Positions 9,793 to 19,762 of a DNA stretch of 64,000 nt are shown in pieces. The notes below the pieces were generated by a model. That model was given only the letters and a program-made list of their open reading frames with translations. It was not told the origin of the DNA and made no database searches. The position numbers were made by a program, and so were the translations under genes. The DNA lies in contig JACPMF010000002.1 of NCBI GenBank assembly GCA_016186145.1, forward strand, positions 82,473 through 146,472. Reading direction: 5' to 3'. Each line of letters begins with the position of its first letter. The stretch's first letter is position 1. Source of the DNA: Candidatus Sungiibacteriota bacterium. GTDB taxonomy: Bacteria > Patescibacteriota > Minisyncoccia > Sungbacterales > SURF-37.

Positions 9793-10452
9793 CTAACCAT
9801 AATATTTTTCCTTATAGAATCTTATCAACTGTTCGACTTCGGCAATTATTTCAGGACTGCCGACGCCGACTTTCAATCTTTTCTGAACCGATTCCAAATC
9901 GGTTGCGCCCTCCAAAACCGCCTCCTCAATATCATGATCGGTGATACTAAGCTTCTGGTCAATAACCCGCGCGCCTTCTACGATAATACGATGGTGCTGG
10001 CCGCTCCTCCGAAAATAGTCATTCGCCGCCTTGCGAAACGCCTTATCTGCAAGAACAGAACAGTGAATTTTACGATTCGGCAGACCGCCGAGACGCTCCA
10101 TAATATGCTGCGGCTTAATTTTTAGCGCTTCATCAATCGCCACTCCCCCATTCTCTGTCACCATCACGCTAAACATTGAGGTTGCGGCAATCGCAGAGGC
10201 ACACCCGAAAGTCCTCCACTTCATCTCTTTAACTCGTTCGGTTTCCGGTTCAAGCCGCAGCCACATTTTCATCATATCGCCGCATGCGGGGCTTCCCACC
10301 ATCCCAACCGCATCATATTGCGATTCGTCAGGATCCTCCAGCATCAAATTCCGGGGGTTGAAAAAATGATCCTTAACAATGTCGGAGTAATACCACTTTT
10401 CTCCCGTAAACTGATTAACGACATCTATATTTTCTTTTTTAGAGTCTTCCAT
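9793..10452 (-). CDS. iscU: IscU/NifU-type Fe-S scaffold with a Cys-less BFD-like C-terminal domain
   Basis: DHFFNPRN, GSPACGD, FGCASAIA, KIHCS motifs. Confidence 0.9.
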   Translation of the reverse strand: MEDSKKENIDVVNQFTGEKWYYSDIVKDHFFNPRNLMLEDPDESQYDAVGMVGSPACGDMMKMWLRLEPETERVKEMKWRTFGCASAIAATSMFSVMVTENGGVAIDEALKIKPQHIMERLGGLPNRKIHCSVLADKAFRKAANDYFRRSGQHHRIIVEGARVIDQKLSITDHDIEEAVLEGATDLESVQKRLKVGVGSPEIIAEVEQLIRFYKEKYYG

Positions 10453-10540
10453 AACGCCATATTGACAAAAATTATTTTCCGTTCTATGTTATCAATTGCT
10501 CGTTTATATTATATAACTGTGCCGGAACAAGGAGAACGCC

Positions 10541-10981
10541 ATGTGGAAGTTTACGGCAACCTATCGAACCAACCGATACCCCCAAGCACCAACCCCCATC
10601 ACACAACTCCAATTTGAAACCGGACTTGAATTCGTTGACCACCCGGCCGAAAGGATTGATATCTCAATTTATACTTTTCTGTTGAGCGATGCGGAGATCG
10701 CGCGCATACGCGTAAAAATCAGCGACCCCCATCTTTCTCGTCTTATTACCAAGGCAGACAAGCCCGCAAAAATTGTTTCCCTGTATCTGCGCCAGTTCGC
10801 CAATCAGCCACCGAATGAGCTTATCAGCGTCACTGCGACCCCAGAAGTCCTGCCCGAAGAACTAAGGGGGGCTCCTGATCTTGCAGTAAACTCGGCCACT
10901 TTTACCCCCCACGAAAACATCCCCAACTTCTGGCGCCCCGGAAACCCGCAGCTTTCAGATCCTTGGACGCGCGGGTGGTAA
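10541..10981 (+). CDS. Hypothetical protein (ORFan cassette, antisense inside the iscS-iscU cluster)
   Basis: TTGACA-17-TATGTT promoter (10462-10490), SD AAGGAG and terminator CTCGAC..GTCGAG-T6 at 11008-11029. Confidence 0.6.
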   Translation: MWKFTATYRTNRYPQAPTPITQLQFETGLEFVDHPAERIDISIYTFLLSDAEIARIRVKISDPHLSRLITKADKPAKIVSLYLRQFANQPPNELISVTATPEVLPEELRGAPDLAVNSATFTPHENIPNFWRPGNPQLSDPWTRGW

Positions 10982-11027
10982 AATAAACGTATACCGGCTC
11001 AATAAACCTCGACTCCCGTCGAGTTTT

Positions 11028-12374
11028 TTATTTGTAATTTTTACCGCCGATCTTTACTTTCGACCCCTGCCCCGCAAACGCTTCCGGATGGGAAATTTCC
11101 TCCTGCCCAACCTCCATCCGCACCGGAGAAATTTTCCGCAGCGTTTCAACTACTCCCGGTAAAACTTTCATTACATAATCCAAATCTTCTTTTGTCGTCT
11201 GCTTGCCGAGCGTAAAACGAAACGAACCGTGGGCGTACTCATACGGCCGACCAATCGCAAGAATCACATGCGACGGATCAAGCGTGGTTGAGGTACACGC
11301 GGAACCGGTCGAGATCGAAATACCCTCCTTGTCCAAATACAATACCGCCGCCTCTCCTTCGATGTCGAGCACCGAAACGTTGATGTTATTTGGCAAGCGT
11401 TTTATCGGATGACCATTTAAAACAGTCTTCGGAATTTCTTTCAAAATCCGACCGATAAAGTAATCGCGGAGCTCGGCAAGCCGCGCGTTTTCTTTTTCAC
11501 GCCCTTCTTGAGCAAGTTCAAACGCTTTCGCAAAACCGATTATACCCGGGACATTTTCTGTTCCGGAACGCATATTATTTTCCTGCCCGCCGCCATAGAT
11601 CAGCGGCTTCAACCGAATACCTTTTTTTACAAACAAGCAACCAACCCCTTTGGGCCCGTACATTTTTGACCCGTTTATCGCGAGCAAATCAACACCGATT
11701 TTTTGAACATCCATCTCTAAAGTACCGGCGGCCTGACAAGCGTCGGTCAGGAAAAACGGAGGTTGTAGGTTGTAGGTTGTAGGTTGTAGGTTCTTCCCGT
11801 CTTGTGTCTTCTCTCTGCGGTATTCTTTTATAACTTTGGCAATTTCTTGAATCGGCTCAATGGTGCCGATTTCATTATTGGCATACATTATGGAAACGAG
11901 GATAGTATCGGGCCGCAATGCCTTCCTGACATCTTCAAGATCGACAAGGCCATATTCATCAACATCAAGATATGTCGCGTCGAAACCCTCTTTTTCAAGC
12001 GCCTCTATTGAATGAAGCACGGCATGATGCTCTATTTTTGAAGTAATCAGGTGCCCTCGCGACATGCCTTCCGCATCCGTATCCGCATCTATTCTCAAAT
12101 TCTTAAGAATTTGAGAATAGTGACGGGCTGCGCCAAAAATTGCAAGATTAATCGCCTCCGTACCGCCGCCGGTAAAAATAATCTCTTCCGGCTTACAATT
12201 CAAAAGCCGCGCTGTTGTTCTTCGCGCATCATCAAGGGCACCTTTGGCCCGCCGCCCTTGTCTATACAAACTTGAAGGATTGCCATATTCTCCCCTCCAA
12301 TACAACTCCATCGCCTCTTTAACGCGGGGGTCTAAATAAGTTGTTGCCGCATGGTCTAGATAAACTTCTCGCAT
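11028..12374 (-). CDS. iscS: Cysteine desulfurase (IscS/NifS group I)
   Basis: YLDHAATT, NPSS, EHHAV, DACQ, GSKMYGPKG, RSGTEN, STGSAC; carries two repeat-derived in-frame insertions. Confidence 0.95.
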   Translation of the reverse strand: MREVYLDHAATTYLDPRVKEAMELYWRGEYGNPSSLYRQGRRAKGALDDARRTTARLLNCKPEEIIFTGGGTEAINLAIFGAARHYSQILKNLRIDADTDAEGMSRGHLITSKIEHHAVLHSIEALEKEGFDATYLDVDEYGLVDLEDVRKALRPDTILVSIMYANNEIGTIEPIQEIAKVIKEYRREKTQDGKNLQPTTYNLQPPFFLTDACQAAGTLEMDVQKIGVDLLAINGSKMYGPKGVGCLFVKKGIRLKPLIYGGGQENNMRSGTENVPGIIGFAKAFELAQEGREKENARLAELRDYFIGRILKEIPKTVLNGHPIKRLPNNINVSVLDIEGEAAVLYLDKEGISISTGSACTSTTLDPSHVILAIGRPYEYAHGSFRFTLGKQTTKEDLDYVMKVLPGVVETLRKISPVRMEVGQEEISHPEAFAGQGSKVKIGGKNYK

Positions 12375-12451
12375 CTTGAATAATTTATATAGTTTGTGAT
12401 ATTATTTTTCTACACAGTCAGCACCTTAACAACGCGCAAAAGGAGAACAAA

Positions 12452-12658
12452 ATGATATCATCTTTTCTCTTCTGGTGGGGCTTGGGGGCTTCTGCGATGA
12501 CGACTATTTTAATAATTCTCTCCGCCGTTTCTGTGGCAACCGGCAGAAGTAATTCTGTTTTAGGAATTGGCTATGAACACGAAAAAGATTTCTGGATGAT
12601 TGGAATGCCGGCGCTTTTCTTCCTCGGAAGCATTGCCGCCAAACTCGTTGGCTGGTAA
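12452..12658 (+). CDS. Small two-TM membrane protein (ORFan cassette)
   Basis: SD AAGGAG and hydrophobic segments. Confidence 0.6.
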   Translation: MISSFLFWWGLGASAMTTILIILSAVSVATGRSNSVLGIGYEHEKDFWMIGMPALFFLGSIAAKLVGW

Positions 12659-12669
12659 GGATCACTGAA

Positions 12670-12792
12670 ATGCTAACCCGGAGAAGCGGGCGACGAGTTA
12701 ACCTGGCGGTATTCACAATCAACATCCTCGTATTCACGGCAACAATCCTGATTATGGCTATCGCTGAAATATACTTCTCACACGGCTGGTAG
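12670..12792 (+). CDS. 40-aa single-TM peptide (below the ORF-track cutoff)
   Basis: MLTRRSGRRVNLAVFTINILVFTATILIMAIAEIYFSHGW; TAAGGA SD; followed by a GGCTGGTA..TACCAGCC-T-tract terminator. Confidence 0.5.
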   Translation: MLTRRSGRRVNLAVFTINILVFTATILIMAIAEIYFSHGW

Positions 12793-12910
12793 CATACCAG
12801 CCGCTTTTTTTACCCGCGAAACAGAACACCATCGAATAATAAGGATTATATAGAAACGCAAACTATTCTGCAAAGAGGTTTTTCGGGACAAAAAGGAGTA
12901 AAATCAAACT

Positions 12911-14158
12911 ATGCCGGAAGAAAAATCTTCAACAATCAATAAGGCGGCTCCGGAAAAGAAAACGTCGTGGCTTTCACGAAACGTCATCTCCATGGGCTTT
13001 GTCAGCTTTTTGAACGATCTTTCCTCGGATATGATTTTCCCGTTCATCCCGATCTTCCTGACCTCAACGCTCGGCGCTTCATTAACATTCGTCGGCTTAA
13101 TCGAAGGGCTTGCCGATGCAACAGCCAGCATCTTAAAAATCGCTTCGGGGCGAATTTCTGACAAAGCCCAAAAAAGAAAACCATTTGCGGTTTTCGGCTA
13201 TTCACTTTCTGCGGTCGCCAAACCGATGCTTGCTTTCGCCCTCCTTCCATGGCACGTGCTTGCCGTCAGATTTCTTGATCGCGTTGGAAAAGGAACACGC
13301 GACGCTCCGCGAGACGCGCTCATCAGTTTCTCCGTTGATAAAAAACTCTACGGCCGCGCATTCGGTTTCCATCGCGGCATGGATACGCTGGGTGCCGCCC
13401 TTGGGCCGCTCGCCGCGTTTCTCATCCTGCCGCTTATCGACAATAACCTCCGCACTCTTTTTCTTTTATCATTTATAGCAAGCTTTTTTGCCGTGCTGAT
13501 CGTTATATTTTTTGTACGCGAGGTACACTCAAACCATATCGCCCCTCTTGAATTAAAACGGATGGGCATAAAGGAACTGGGGACTCCGTTTTTCATTTTT
13601 TTAGGCATCGCAACATTCTTCTCGCTTGGCAAGGCCTCTGACGCATTCTTAATCCTACAGGCGCGCGAGATAGGAATTGCCCTCGTCCTCCTGCCCATCC
13701 TTTATTTTGCCGCGAACATTACCTTTGCCCTCTTTTCAACACCTCTCGGGATGCTCGGCGACCGAATCGGAAAACGCTGGGTATTTACCGTCGGGCTCGC
13801 CGTCCTGGGAGCGACCTATTTCGGATTTGCTTTCCTGAAAACCTCTTCGGCAATATGGATGCTCTTCATTTTTTACGGAATATATCAGGCTCTTACCGAA
13901 GGCGTTGCAAAAGCCATCGTTGCCGATCTTGTGCGGCCGGAAATTCGCGGAACCGCGTATGGATTTTTCAACGCATTCACCGGAGCAGCCCTCCTTCCGG
14001 GAAGCATTATTTTCGGATTCCTTGCCGAACGCTTCGGCGCGCCACTTGCCTTCTCGTACGCCGCATCAATTGTGCTCATAGCTGCTTTACTATTCACTGC
14101 AATAAGAATTTTTGGTTTTATCCGATCCAAAAATATGAATATATTCCAATATTCTTAA
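12911..14158 (+). CDS. MFS transporter
   Basis: 12 TM; GRISDKAQKRKP and GMLGDRIGKR motif A; DRVGKGTRDAPRDA. Confidence 0.92.
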   Translation: MPEEKSSTINKAAPEKKTSWLSRNVISMGFVSFLNDLSSDMIFPFIPIFLTSTLGASLTFVGLIEGLADATASILKIASGRISDKAQKRKPFAVFGYSLSAVAKPMLAFALLPWHVLAVRFLDRVGKGTRDAPRDALISFSVDKKLYGRAFGFHRGMDTLGAALGPLAAFLILPLIDNNLRTLFLLSFIASFFAVLIVIFFVREVHSNHIAPLELKRMGIKELGTPFFIFLGIATFFSLGKASDAFLILQAREIGIALVLLPILYFAANITFALFSTPLGMLGDRIGKRWVFTVGLAVLGATYFGFAFLKTSSAIWMLFIFYGIYQALTEGVAKAIVADLVRPEIRGTAYGFFNAFTGAALLPGSIIFGFLAERFGAPLAFSYAASIVLIAALLFTAIRIFGFIRSKNMNIFQYS

Positions 14159-14220
14159 ACCATGCCCTTGACAAAATAAAGTGGGAAACGTACTCTTTTC
14201 AAAGAAAGGAGGTGATTTTT

Positions 14221-14433
14221 ATGTTCGGAAGAGTGCTGTGTCTTTTTGGGCAACACAAAACCGAAGCGATAGAAAAGGACCAGAGTTTTATAGACAAGAA
14301 CCGGTGTGTTCCTGGTGGATCGCGCTGTGTTCGCAAGGATTGCGGGTGGAAGATAAACCCAATTCAGAACCCGCCCGCCAAGGTAAACCCCGCACCAGAC
14401 CGCTATATACAAATCCGGATGGTTGTTCTTTAA
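14221..14433 (+). CDS. Small Cys/His protein, putative Zn-binding (DUF1660-like)
   Basis: SD AAGGAGGTG; MFGRVLCLFGQHK...RCVRKDCG; promoter TTGACA-17-TACTCT (14168-14196). Confidence 0.6.
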   Translation: MFGRVLCLFGQHKTEAIEKDQSFIDKNRCVPGGSRCVRKDCGWKINPIQNPPAKVNPAPDRYIQIRMVVL

Positions 14434-14456
14434 TAGAACTAAGGGGGGATAATACA

Positions 14457-14615
14457 ATGCTCGAAGTCAGAAAATTCATGCCTGCCATGAGCAGTTTCAA
14501 GGTGCTTTTTTCGGGATATGTTATGGAGGCTGTCGAGTTTTTCAAGAATCTTCCGCCGACAGAACGCGAACAGAGCTTCCTATTCTATGCCGGCGACGGC
14601 ACCGAAGGGGTCTAA
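14457..14615 (+). CDS. Small hypothetical protein
   Basis: AAGGGGGG SD-like site; MLEVRKFMPAM...; terminator at 14627-14649. Confidence 0.5.
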   Translation: MLEVRKFMPAMSSFKVLFSGYVMEAVEFFKNLPPTEREQSFLFYAGDGTEGV

Positions 14616-14838
14616 TACAAACACAGAGCTGCCAACGGGCAGTTTTTTTAAACCCAAAAAGTCCAAGAGTATGACCTTGGGTCTATAGGTCTAAACCGAG
14701 ACAAAGTCAACACCACGATCAAGAATAGTTGACAAGGTAACTTCAATTTTATATACATTGATTACCGAGCCGAATCCGAAAGGATTTCAATGGCAAAAGG
14801 CCATTTGGGCTCGGAAAAACATATTCCGAGGAGGGAAT

Positions 14839-15498
14839 ATGGCAGACGAAACGACCGAGGAAAAAAAAGTACCTTCAAAAACACAAGAAGAAAAGTATTG
14901 GTACGGAATTACGAATGTTGATAAAAACTTGGGGCTGTTCCAAATCCCAAACTCCTATTTGTTGTCCTGGTGGGTGAAACCGAAGAATGTGGAACCGAAT
15001 GAAGGATGGAAATACGACCGTTATTTACTCGCACAAGCCGATGCCGCCCTCCAAGCTTCTCTTCGAGACGGCGTAGCTAAACTGCATAGATCGTTTAAAA
15101 ATCGCGAAGATCTGGACGATTTTCTGCGGGGTATAATCTTAAAAATCAGTTTGGCTGGCTTCAATCCCGATGCATGCAGCGCAATTATAGACTTTACTCG
15201 TACTTCTTTACCGCAACTCTCCGGTAAGCAGATGCGCGATGCTTTTGCGATGGGATCCTATGTATCGCACTGGGAAGAAAACTACGGAGTATATTTTGGT
15301 TTTTCCAATAACCCGTTGGTATACAATGGTCATGAATGGAGAAAACCGGAAGATCTTGGAGGTATGTATTATGAACGAATGCGCGCGGAACATCCGCTTG
15401 TAATTTACTGGAAAATTCCGCAATCACATCTGGGGCTGGTTATTCATCCGGATTTTCACCCGGATTATAAATTGACCATGACAGATTACCCGGGATAA
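14839..15498 (+). CDS. Hypothetical protein (ORFan cassette)
   Basis: SD GAGGAGG before ATG 14839; TTGACA at 14729; terminator CCGCTAG..CTAGCGG-T6 at 15514-15539. Confidence 0.65.
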   Translation: MADETTEEKKVPSKTQEEKYWYGITNVDKNLGLFQIPNSYLLSWWVKPKNVEPNEGWKYDRYLLAQADAALQASLRDGVAKLHRSFKNREDLDDFLRGIILKISLAGFNPDACSAIIDFTRTSLPQLSGKQMRDAFAMGSYVSHWEENYGVYFGFSNNPLVYNGHEWRKPEDLGGMYYERMRAEHPLVIYWKIPQSHLGLVIHPDFHPDYKLTMTDYPG

Positions 15499-15644
15499 TA
15501 TCGATCCTTTAAACCGCTAGCACAGTCTAGCGGCTTTTTCATAAAATGAGGAAAATTTGTCCGCATCGGAGCTGGAAAATTTTTGGGATAACGAGCGTGA
15601 TTTATTTACGCCGCAGGATAAAAAATTCCGGCATGCGGCCAGCA

Positions 15645-17294
15645 TCACTTTTTTACAATATGATCCAATGCGTATTCAAGCGCCGCCTCTGTCTTTTTTC
15701 CGGGATTAAAAATTCCGTCGGTGTCAAAAACCCGCTTTGTCTCCTCAAAAAGCCGGAAAACTTCATCGCCGTACATCATCCGCAGGAACGCGCCACGGAT
15801 TAAACCGTCGTTATGCTCCCCGGACATTGAACCGCCGAATTCAAAAACCAGTTTATATACTTCCCCGGAAAGATTTTTTATGGTCTGCCGGACATCGGGG
15901 CTCGCCAAATTCATAAGAGGAATGATGTGAAAATTCCCGTCACCAACATGTCCCGCAACGGTGTAAACCAAATTGTATTTATCAAGAATTCCGTAAAGCC
16001 GCGGCAAAAACTCCGGGAGACGATTCGGCTCGATCACAAAATCATCGATAAAAGGGGCGGTCCGAAGGCCTTTCACGTGATGCCGCAAAATATTATAGCT
16101 TTCCCTTCTCAAGGTCCAGTATTTTTTTGCCTCTCGCTCGCTTCTCGTCACCCGAACCGGAAAACCAAAAGAAAGGATGTCTTTTTTCGCCTCCTCGGCC
16201 TTCCGTGTTGCCTCTTCCGGAGTATCTCCGGTAAATTCAGCAATAAGAACAAGTTTCGGAATACCGCCGGTCAAGACCATTCTGAATTCCGGAAGAAAAT
16301 CGATAGCGAGGCGAAGCAGGCTGGCATGAAAACTTTTCGCAACCGCAGGAAAAAACTTCAACGCAACCTTGAATGTGTTATCGTCGTATGATTCAAAACT
16401 CTCCGGATGGTGCTCCAAAACCCTGCCACAAATGCCGGCGAGGGCGGAAACCGACGGGAGAAAAATAACCAGGAGGCGGGAATGAAGCTTCGGCCGGATC
16501 AGCTTAAATTTTATTTCCGTAATAATACCGAGCGTCCCCTGTGAGCCGACAAAAACTCTCGACAAGTTAAACGTTCCGGCAGATTTATCATAAATATCCC
16601 ATAAGAGATAGCCGGTCGAATTTTTTGAGACCTTCGGCTTCGCCGTTCTTAAAACTTCGGCATGATTCTCAACAAGATCTGCGATCTTTTTATACACCGT
16701 GCCCTCAAACGACGCTTCTTGTTTTTTCTCTTCCAGTTCTTGCATGGAAAGCGGCCGGAAAACATGCTCTTCGCCGTCCGCAAGCACCACTTTCAGCTCC
16801 TCGACGTATTGATCGGTTTTACCGTATGAGAGAGATTTTTCGCCGCCGGCATTATTTGCCACCATGCCGCCAAGAGCGCACATTTCCCGGGATGCCGGGT
16901 AACTTGGCAACAAAAAGCCCCGCGCAAGGGTTTCTTTTTCGAAATCACGGTAAAAGACGCCGGGTTCAGCAACGGCATAACCATCCCCGATTTCTTTTAT
17001 CCGATTCATATACTTTGTAACGTCAACAACAATCGACGAAGAAAGCGGACCGCCGCTCATATCAGTCCCCGCCGAACGCGGCGTCAACGATATGCCAACA
17101 CCATGTCTCTTCTGTTCGTTCACAAACTTCACCAGATTTTTAATATCCCCGCTGTCCTTCGGGAAGACGACAATTTCCGGACGCACCTCAAACAAACTCG
17201 CATCGCGGCTGTATCTTGTAAGCGTTTCTGCATCCGTATTCACGTCGCCTTTGAAAAATTCTTTAATTTTTAATACAAGGTCCTGCGAAGCCAT
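15645..17294 (-). CDS. FAD-binding oxidoreductase (GlcD/D-lactate dehydrogenase family)
   Basis: RSAGTDMSGG, GSQGTLGIIT, GHVGDGNFH, SGEHNDG, FNPGK. Confidence 0.9.
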   Translation of the reverse strand: MASQDLVLKIKEFFKGDVNTDAETLTRYSRDASLFEVRPEIVVFPKDSGDIKNLVKFVNEQKRHGVGISLTPRSAGTDMSGGPLSSSIVVDVTKYMNRIKEIGDGYAVAEPGVFYRDFEKETLARGFLLPSYPASREMCALGGMVANNAGGEKSLSYGKTDQYVEELKVVLADGEEHVFRPLSMQELEEKKQEASFEGTVYKKIADLVENHAEVLRTAKPKVSKNSTGYLLWDIYDKSAGTFNLSRVFVGSQGTLGIITEIKFKLIRPKLHSRLLVIFLPSVSALAGICGRVLEHHPESFESYDDNTFKVALKFFPAVAKSFHASLLRLAIDFLPEFRMVLTGGIPKLVLIAEFTGDTPEEATRKAEEAKKDILSFGFPVRVTRSEREAKKYWTLRRESYNILRHHVKGLRTAPFIDDFVIEPNRLPEFLPRLYGILDKYNLVYTVAGHVGDGNFHIIPLMNLASPDVRQTIKNLSGEVYKLVFEFGGSMSGEHNDGLIRGAFLRMMYGDEVFRLFEETKRVFDTDGIFNPGKKTEAALEYALDHIVKK

Positions 17295-17330
17295 GTTGTC
17301 TTGATTATAACCCGTGCCGCGAATGAAACA

Positions 17331-17363
17331 AAAACCGTTCCGGCTCTAAGCCGGAACGGTTTT
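17331..17363 (-). terminator. Intrinsic terminator (bidirectional type)
   Basis: AAAACCGTTCCGGC-TCTAA-GCCGGAACGGTTTT. Confidence 0.75.
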
Positions 17364-17380
17364 CACGAAAAGACATTCTT

Positions 17381-17665
17381 TTACAGCTGGTTGATATCTT
17401 GATCAAGCGCGTCGAGCTCCGAATCAACATTTCCCAAATCAACCGTCTCAAGGTCCTGCCCGATATCCGCCGTTGTATCCCCGCCGCTTAGCGGCTCCTG
17501 CATCTCACCGGAAGTTGGCGCCTTATCCGAAGTTGGCGCGAGGCGATACATATACCACCAGCCCAAAACAGCTGCGACAATCACTACCGCGGCAACAACC
17601 CACACGACCCGCTTATTTTTTGAAGATACCATTGACGATGACAGATTAGATTGCATTGATTCCAT
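17381..17665 (-). CDS. Small single-TM protein with acidic tail
   Basis: One TM, then DLETVDLGNVDSELDALDQDINQL. Confidence 0.7.
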   Translation of the reverse strand: MESMQSNLSSSMVSSKNKRVVWVVAAVVIVAAVLGWWYMYRLAPTSDKAPTSGEMQEPLSGGDTTADIGQDLETVDLGNVDSELDALDQDINQL

Positions 17666-17687
17666 ATGTTTTTCTGATGAAGTTAAA

Positions 17688-18608
17688 TTATTGCCCTGAA
17701 CTAGTCTCTGCGGCCGGCGTAGTCGTTGCCTCTTCCGGCTCTTCGTCTACTTTCGGAATCCCCGCGAGCGCCCGTGCCGCTTGGTGGACGGCGTCTCGCG
17801 CAGCTTTGACAACGCCATCGCGGACTGCCGTCAGGTCTTTTTTCAGCTGTTCTTTGGCTTGCTGAAAAGCAATACGCAGCTCTTCTTCAGAGGCAAATGT
17901 AACCGTATAAACTTTTCCGACCTGCGCCTGAACGGCAACACGCGCATTTGCAATGGCTGTTCTTGCCGCGGCAATTGCGCTTTCTGCCACGCTCACATCT
18001 TTACCGAGCGAAACGGCTTTTTCGCGACGCAGTTGAATTTTACCCAGGATTTCGTCAAGCCGATCAAGCGCGTTTGCAAAATGACTTGTCCAGCGCTCAT
18101 TCAAACGATTCAACTGTTCTTCAAGACGGACGGCAGTTGCTTTTTTCCGCTCGTCTTTCAGTATTTCCAATTTCTTTTGTAGCTCTTCTCGCGCATTCGC
18201 TATGCGTTCTTTTGCTTCCCCGCGCACCATTTCGATCTTTCTCTTCGCTTCTTCTCGTTTTGTCTCAAACGCTCGTTTAAGTTCTTCCCGTTTCACCTCT
18301 ATTACTTCACGGGCATCCGAAACACTCTTCGTCCCCGCACGAACTTCTTGGCGAACCCCTTTGGCTTCGGTTCTTACCTCCTGCCGCAAGTTTTTCGCGT
18401 CAGTCCGTGTCTCTTGCCGAATATCCCCCGCTTCCTTGCGCGCCCCCTGACGAACATCTTTTACCTCCATCCGCTGTTCTTGAAGAACAGCCCCTCTTGT
18501 TTCTTGCGCAATTTCATCTTCGCTGTGCGCAAGCGCGACAAAAGCAAACCCGCCGATCAAAACGCCGGCGCTAACGACAATTTGTGTAATTTTGTTTATT
18601 CTTTTCAT
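17688..18608 (-). CDS. Secreted coiled-coil protein with 11-residue repeats
   Basis: Signal peptide ending VALA; repeats of (K)xVRQE(V/T)RxE(A); start at ATG 18608. A TTATCCACA box lies upstream at 18651-18659. Confidence 0.75.
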   Translation of the reverse strand: MKRINKITQIVVSAGVLIGGFAFVALAHSEDEIAQETRGAVLQEQRMEVKDVRQGARKEAGDIRQETRTDAKNLRQEVRTEAKGVRQEVRAGTKSVSDAREVIEVKREELKRAFETKREEAKRKIEMVRGEAKERIANAREELQKKLEILKDERKKATAVRLEEQLNRLNERWTSHFANALDRLDEILGKIQLRREKAVSLGKDVSVAESAIAAARTAIANARVAVQAQVGKVYTVTFASEEELRIAFQQAKEQLKKDLTAVRDGVVKAARDAVHQAARALAGIPKVDEEPEEATTTPAAETSSGQ

Positions 18609-18662
18609 AATAATAAATGTTAACAAAAATAGCTGATTTTCCAAAACGGTTTATCCACAAGG

Positions 18663-19118
18663 TTATTTTCTGCTTAACACGAGCATGCCGAGAATAAAAA
18701 GCGCAACCGAGGATACGGCAGAAACTATGCAATAAAAACAAATTGCCCGTATGACAAATACCTGAAGATAAAGGAACCAAAGCGCCGCGATAAAACCGAC
18801 AAACGTAAAGCGAGCCGCATAAGACAAAACAGCTCTCCGTTTTGTATCAATAAACGCCGCAGTCAATACAAAAATAACCGTATAGTAGATGGACCCGAGC
18901 AAAGCAACCGGCACGCCGTACACGACGGCATAACGGCTCGTTAACACCCTCTCACACCCCTGAATAATCGAGCAGGAAACAGGCGAACCGGAATAATGCT
19001 TTACAGCAAGATACGTCGCGTCAACAAAACCTGCTGCGCTGACAATAAGAAAGGCATATACAATCCATTTAGGGATTTTGCTCGATTGCTTTTCTAATGA
19101 TTGTTCTAAATTCATCAT
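18663..19118 (-). CDS. Vitamin K epoxide reductase (VKOR) family protein
   Basis: CSIIQGCERVLTSRYA loop and a CFYC active site. Confidence 0.92.
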   Translation of the reverse strand: MMNLEQSLEKQSSKIPKWIVYAFLIVSAAGFVDATYLAVKHYSGSPVSCSIIQGCERVLTSRYAVVYGVPVALLGSIYYTVIFVLTAAFIDTKRRAVLSYAARFTFVGFIAALWFLYLQVFVIRAICFYCIVSAVSSVALFILGMLVLSRK

Positions 19119-19713
19119 AGCTTCTGGGGTTTTGGAGCTTCTGCCCGTTCAAAAAAAATGTCGGCGTAGAATTCACGCCGGAATCAAAACCGCCCCGATA
19201 ATCATCGGCAACCTTTGAGATAACTCCGCTCGAATCAATGTCTTGCGAAAACCGCTCTAAATCGAGGCCGAGCGTTTCAGCATACTGCCGAAACAATTCA
19301 CGCGCGTTTTTCTCCGAAGCCCACTCAGACTGCTTTTCAAAAATAATATCATGCATCTCCCAAAACTTTCCTTGCCTTCCCGCCGCCTCGGCAGCCCGGG
19401 CGGCCAATTCTGCATTACGGTGAATTTGTGAAAGAGGAAAATGACGGTAAACAAATTGAGCGTCATCCGCGAATTCTTTAGCGGCCTCTTTTACCAACGG
19501 GTAATACGCCGCACAAGCCGGACACTGGAAATCGCTATACTCAACCAAAACAACTTTTGATTCTTTACTGCCTTTCATGTTATCGCCCGAAAAAACCGCG
19601 CTAATCAACGCGGCTCCCCCACCGCCGGAAGAATTTTGCAGAAGCTTCACCATGCCAAAAACGGCCCCTCCGATAAAGACAAAAACAGAAAGCCAAAAAA
19701 TAATACGTCTCAT
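19069..19713 (-). CDS. dsbA: DsbA-family thiol-disulfide oxidoreductase
   Basis: EYSDFQCPAC, YRHFPL, GVNSTPTFFLNG; adjacent to VKOR. Confidence 0.9.
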   Translation of the reverse strand: MRRIIFWLSVFVFIGGAVFGMVKLLQNSSGGGGAALISAVFSGDNMKGSKESKVVLVEYSDFQCPACAAYYPLVKEAAKEFADDAQFVYRHFPLSQIHRNAELAARAAEAAGRQGKFWEMHDIIFEKQSEWASEKNARELFRQYAETLGLDLERFSQDIDSSGVISKVADDYRGGFDSGVNSTPTFFLNGQKLQNPRSYDEFRTIIRKAIEQNP

Positions 19714-19762
19714 AAAAACAATTCTACACGATTTTCAAAAATTTCCAACCCGCCCTTAAACA

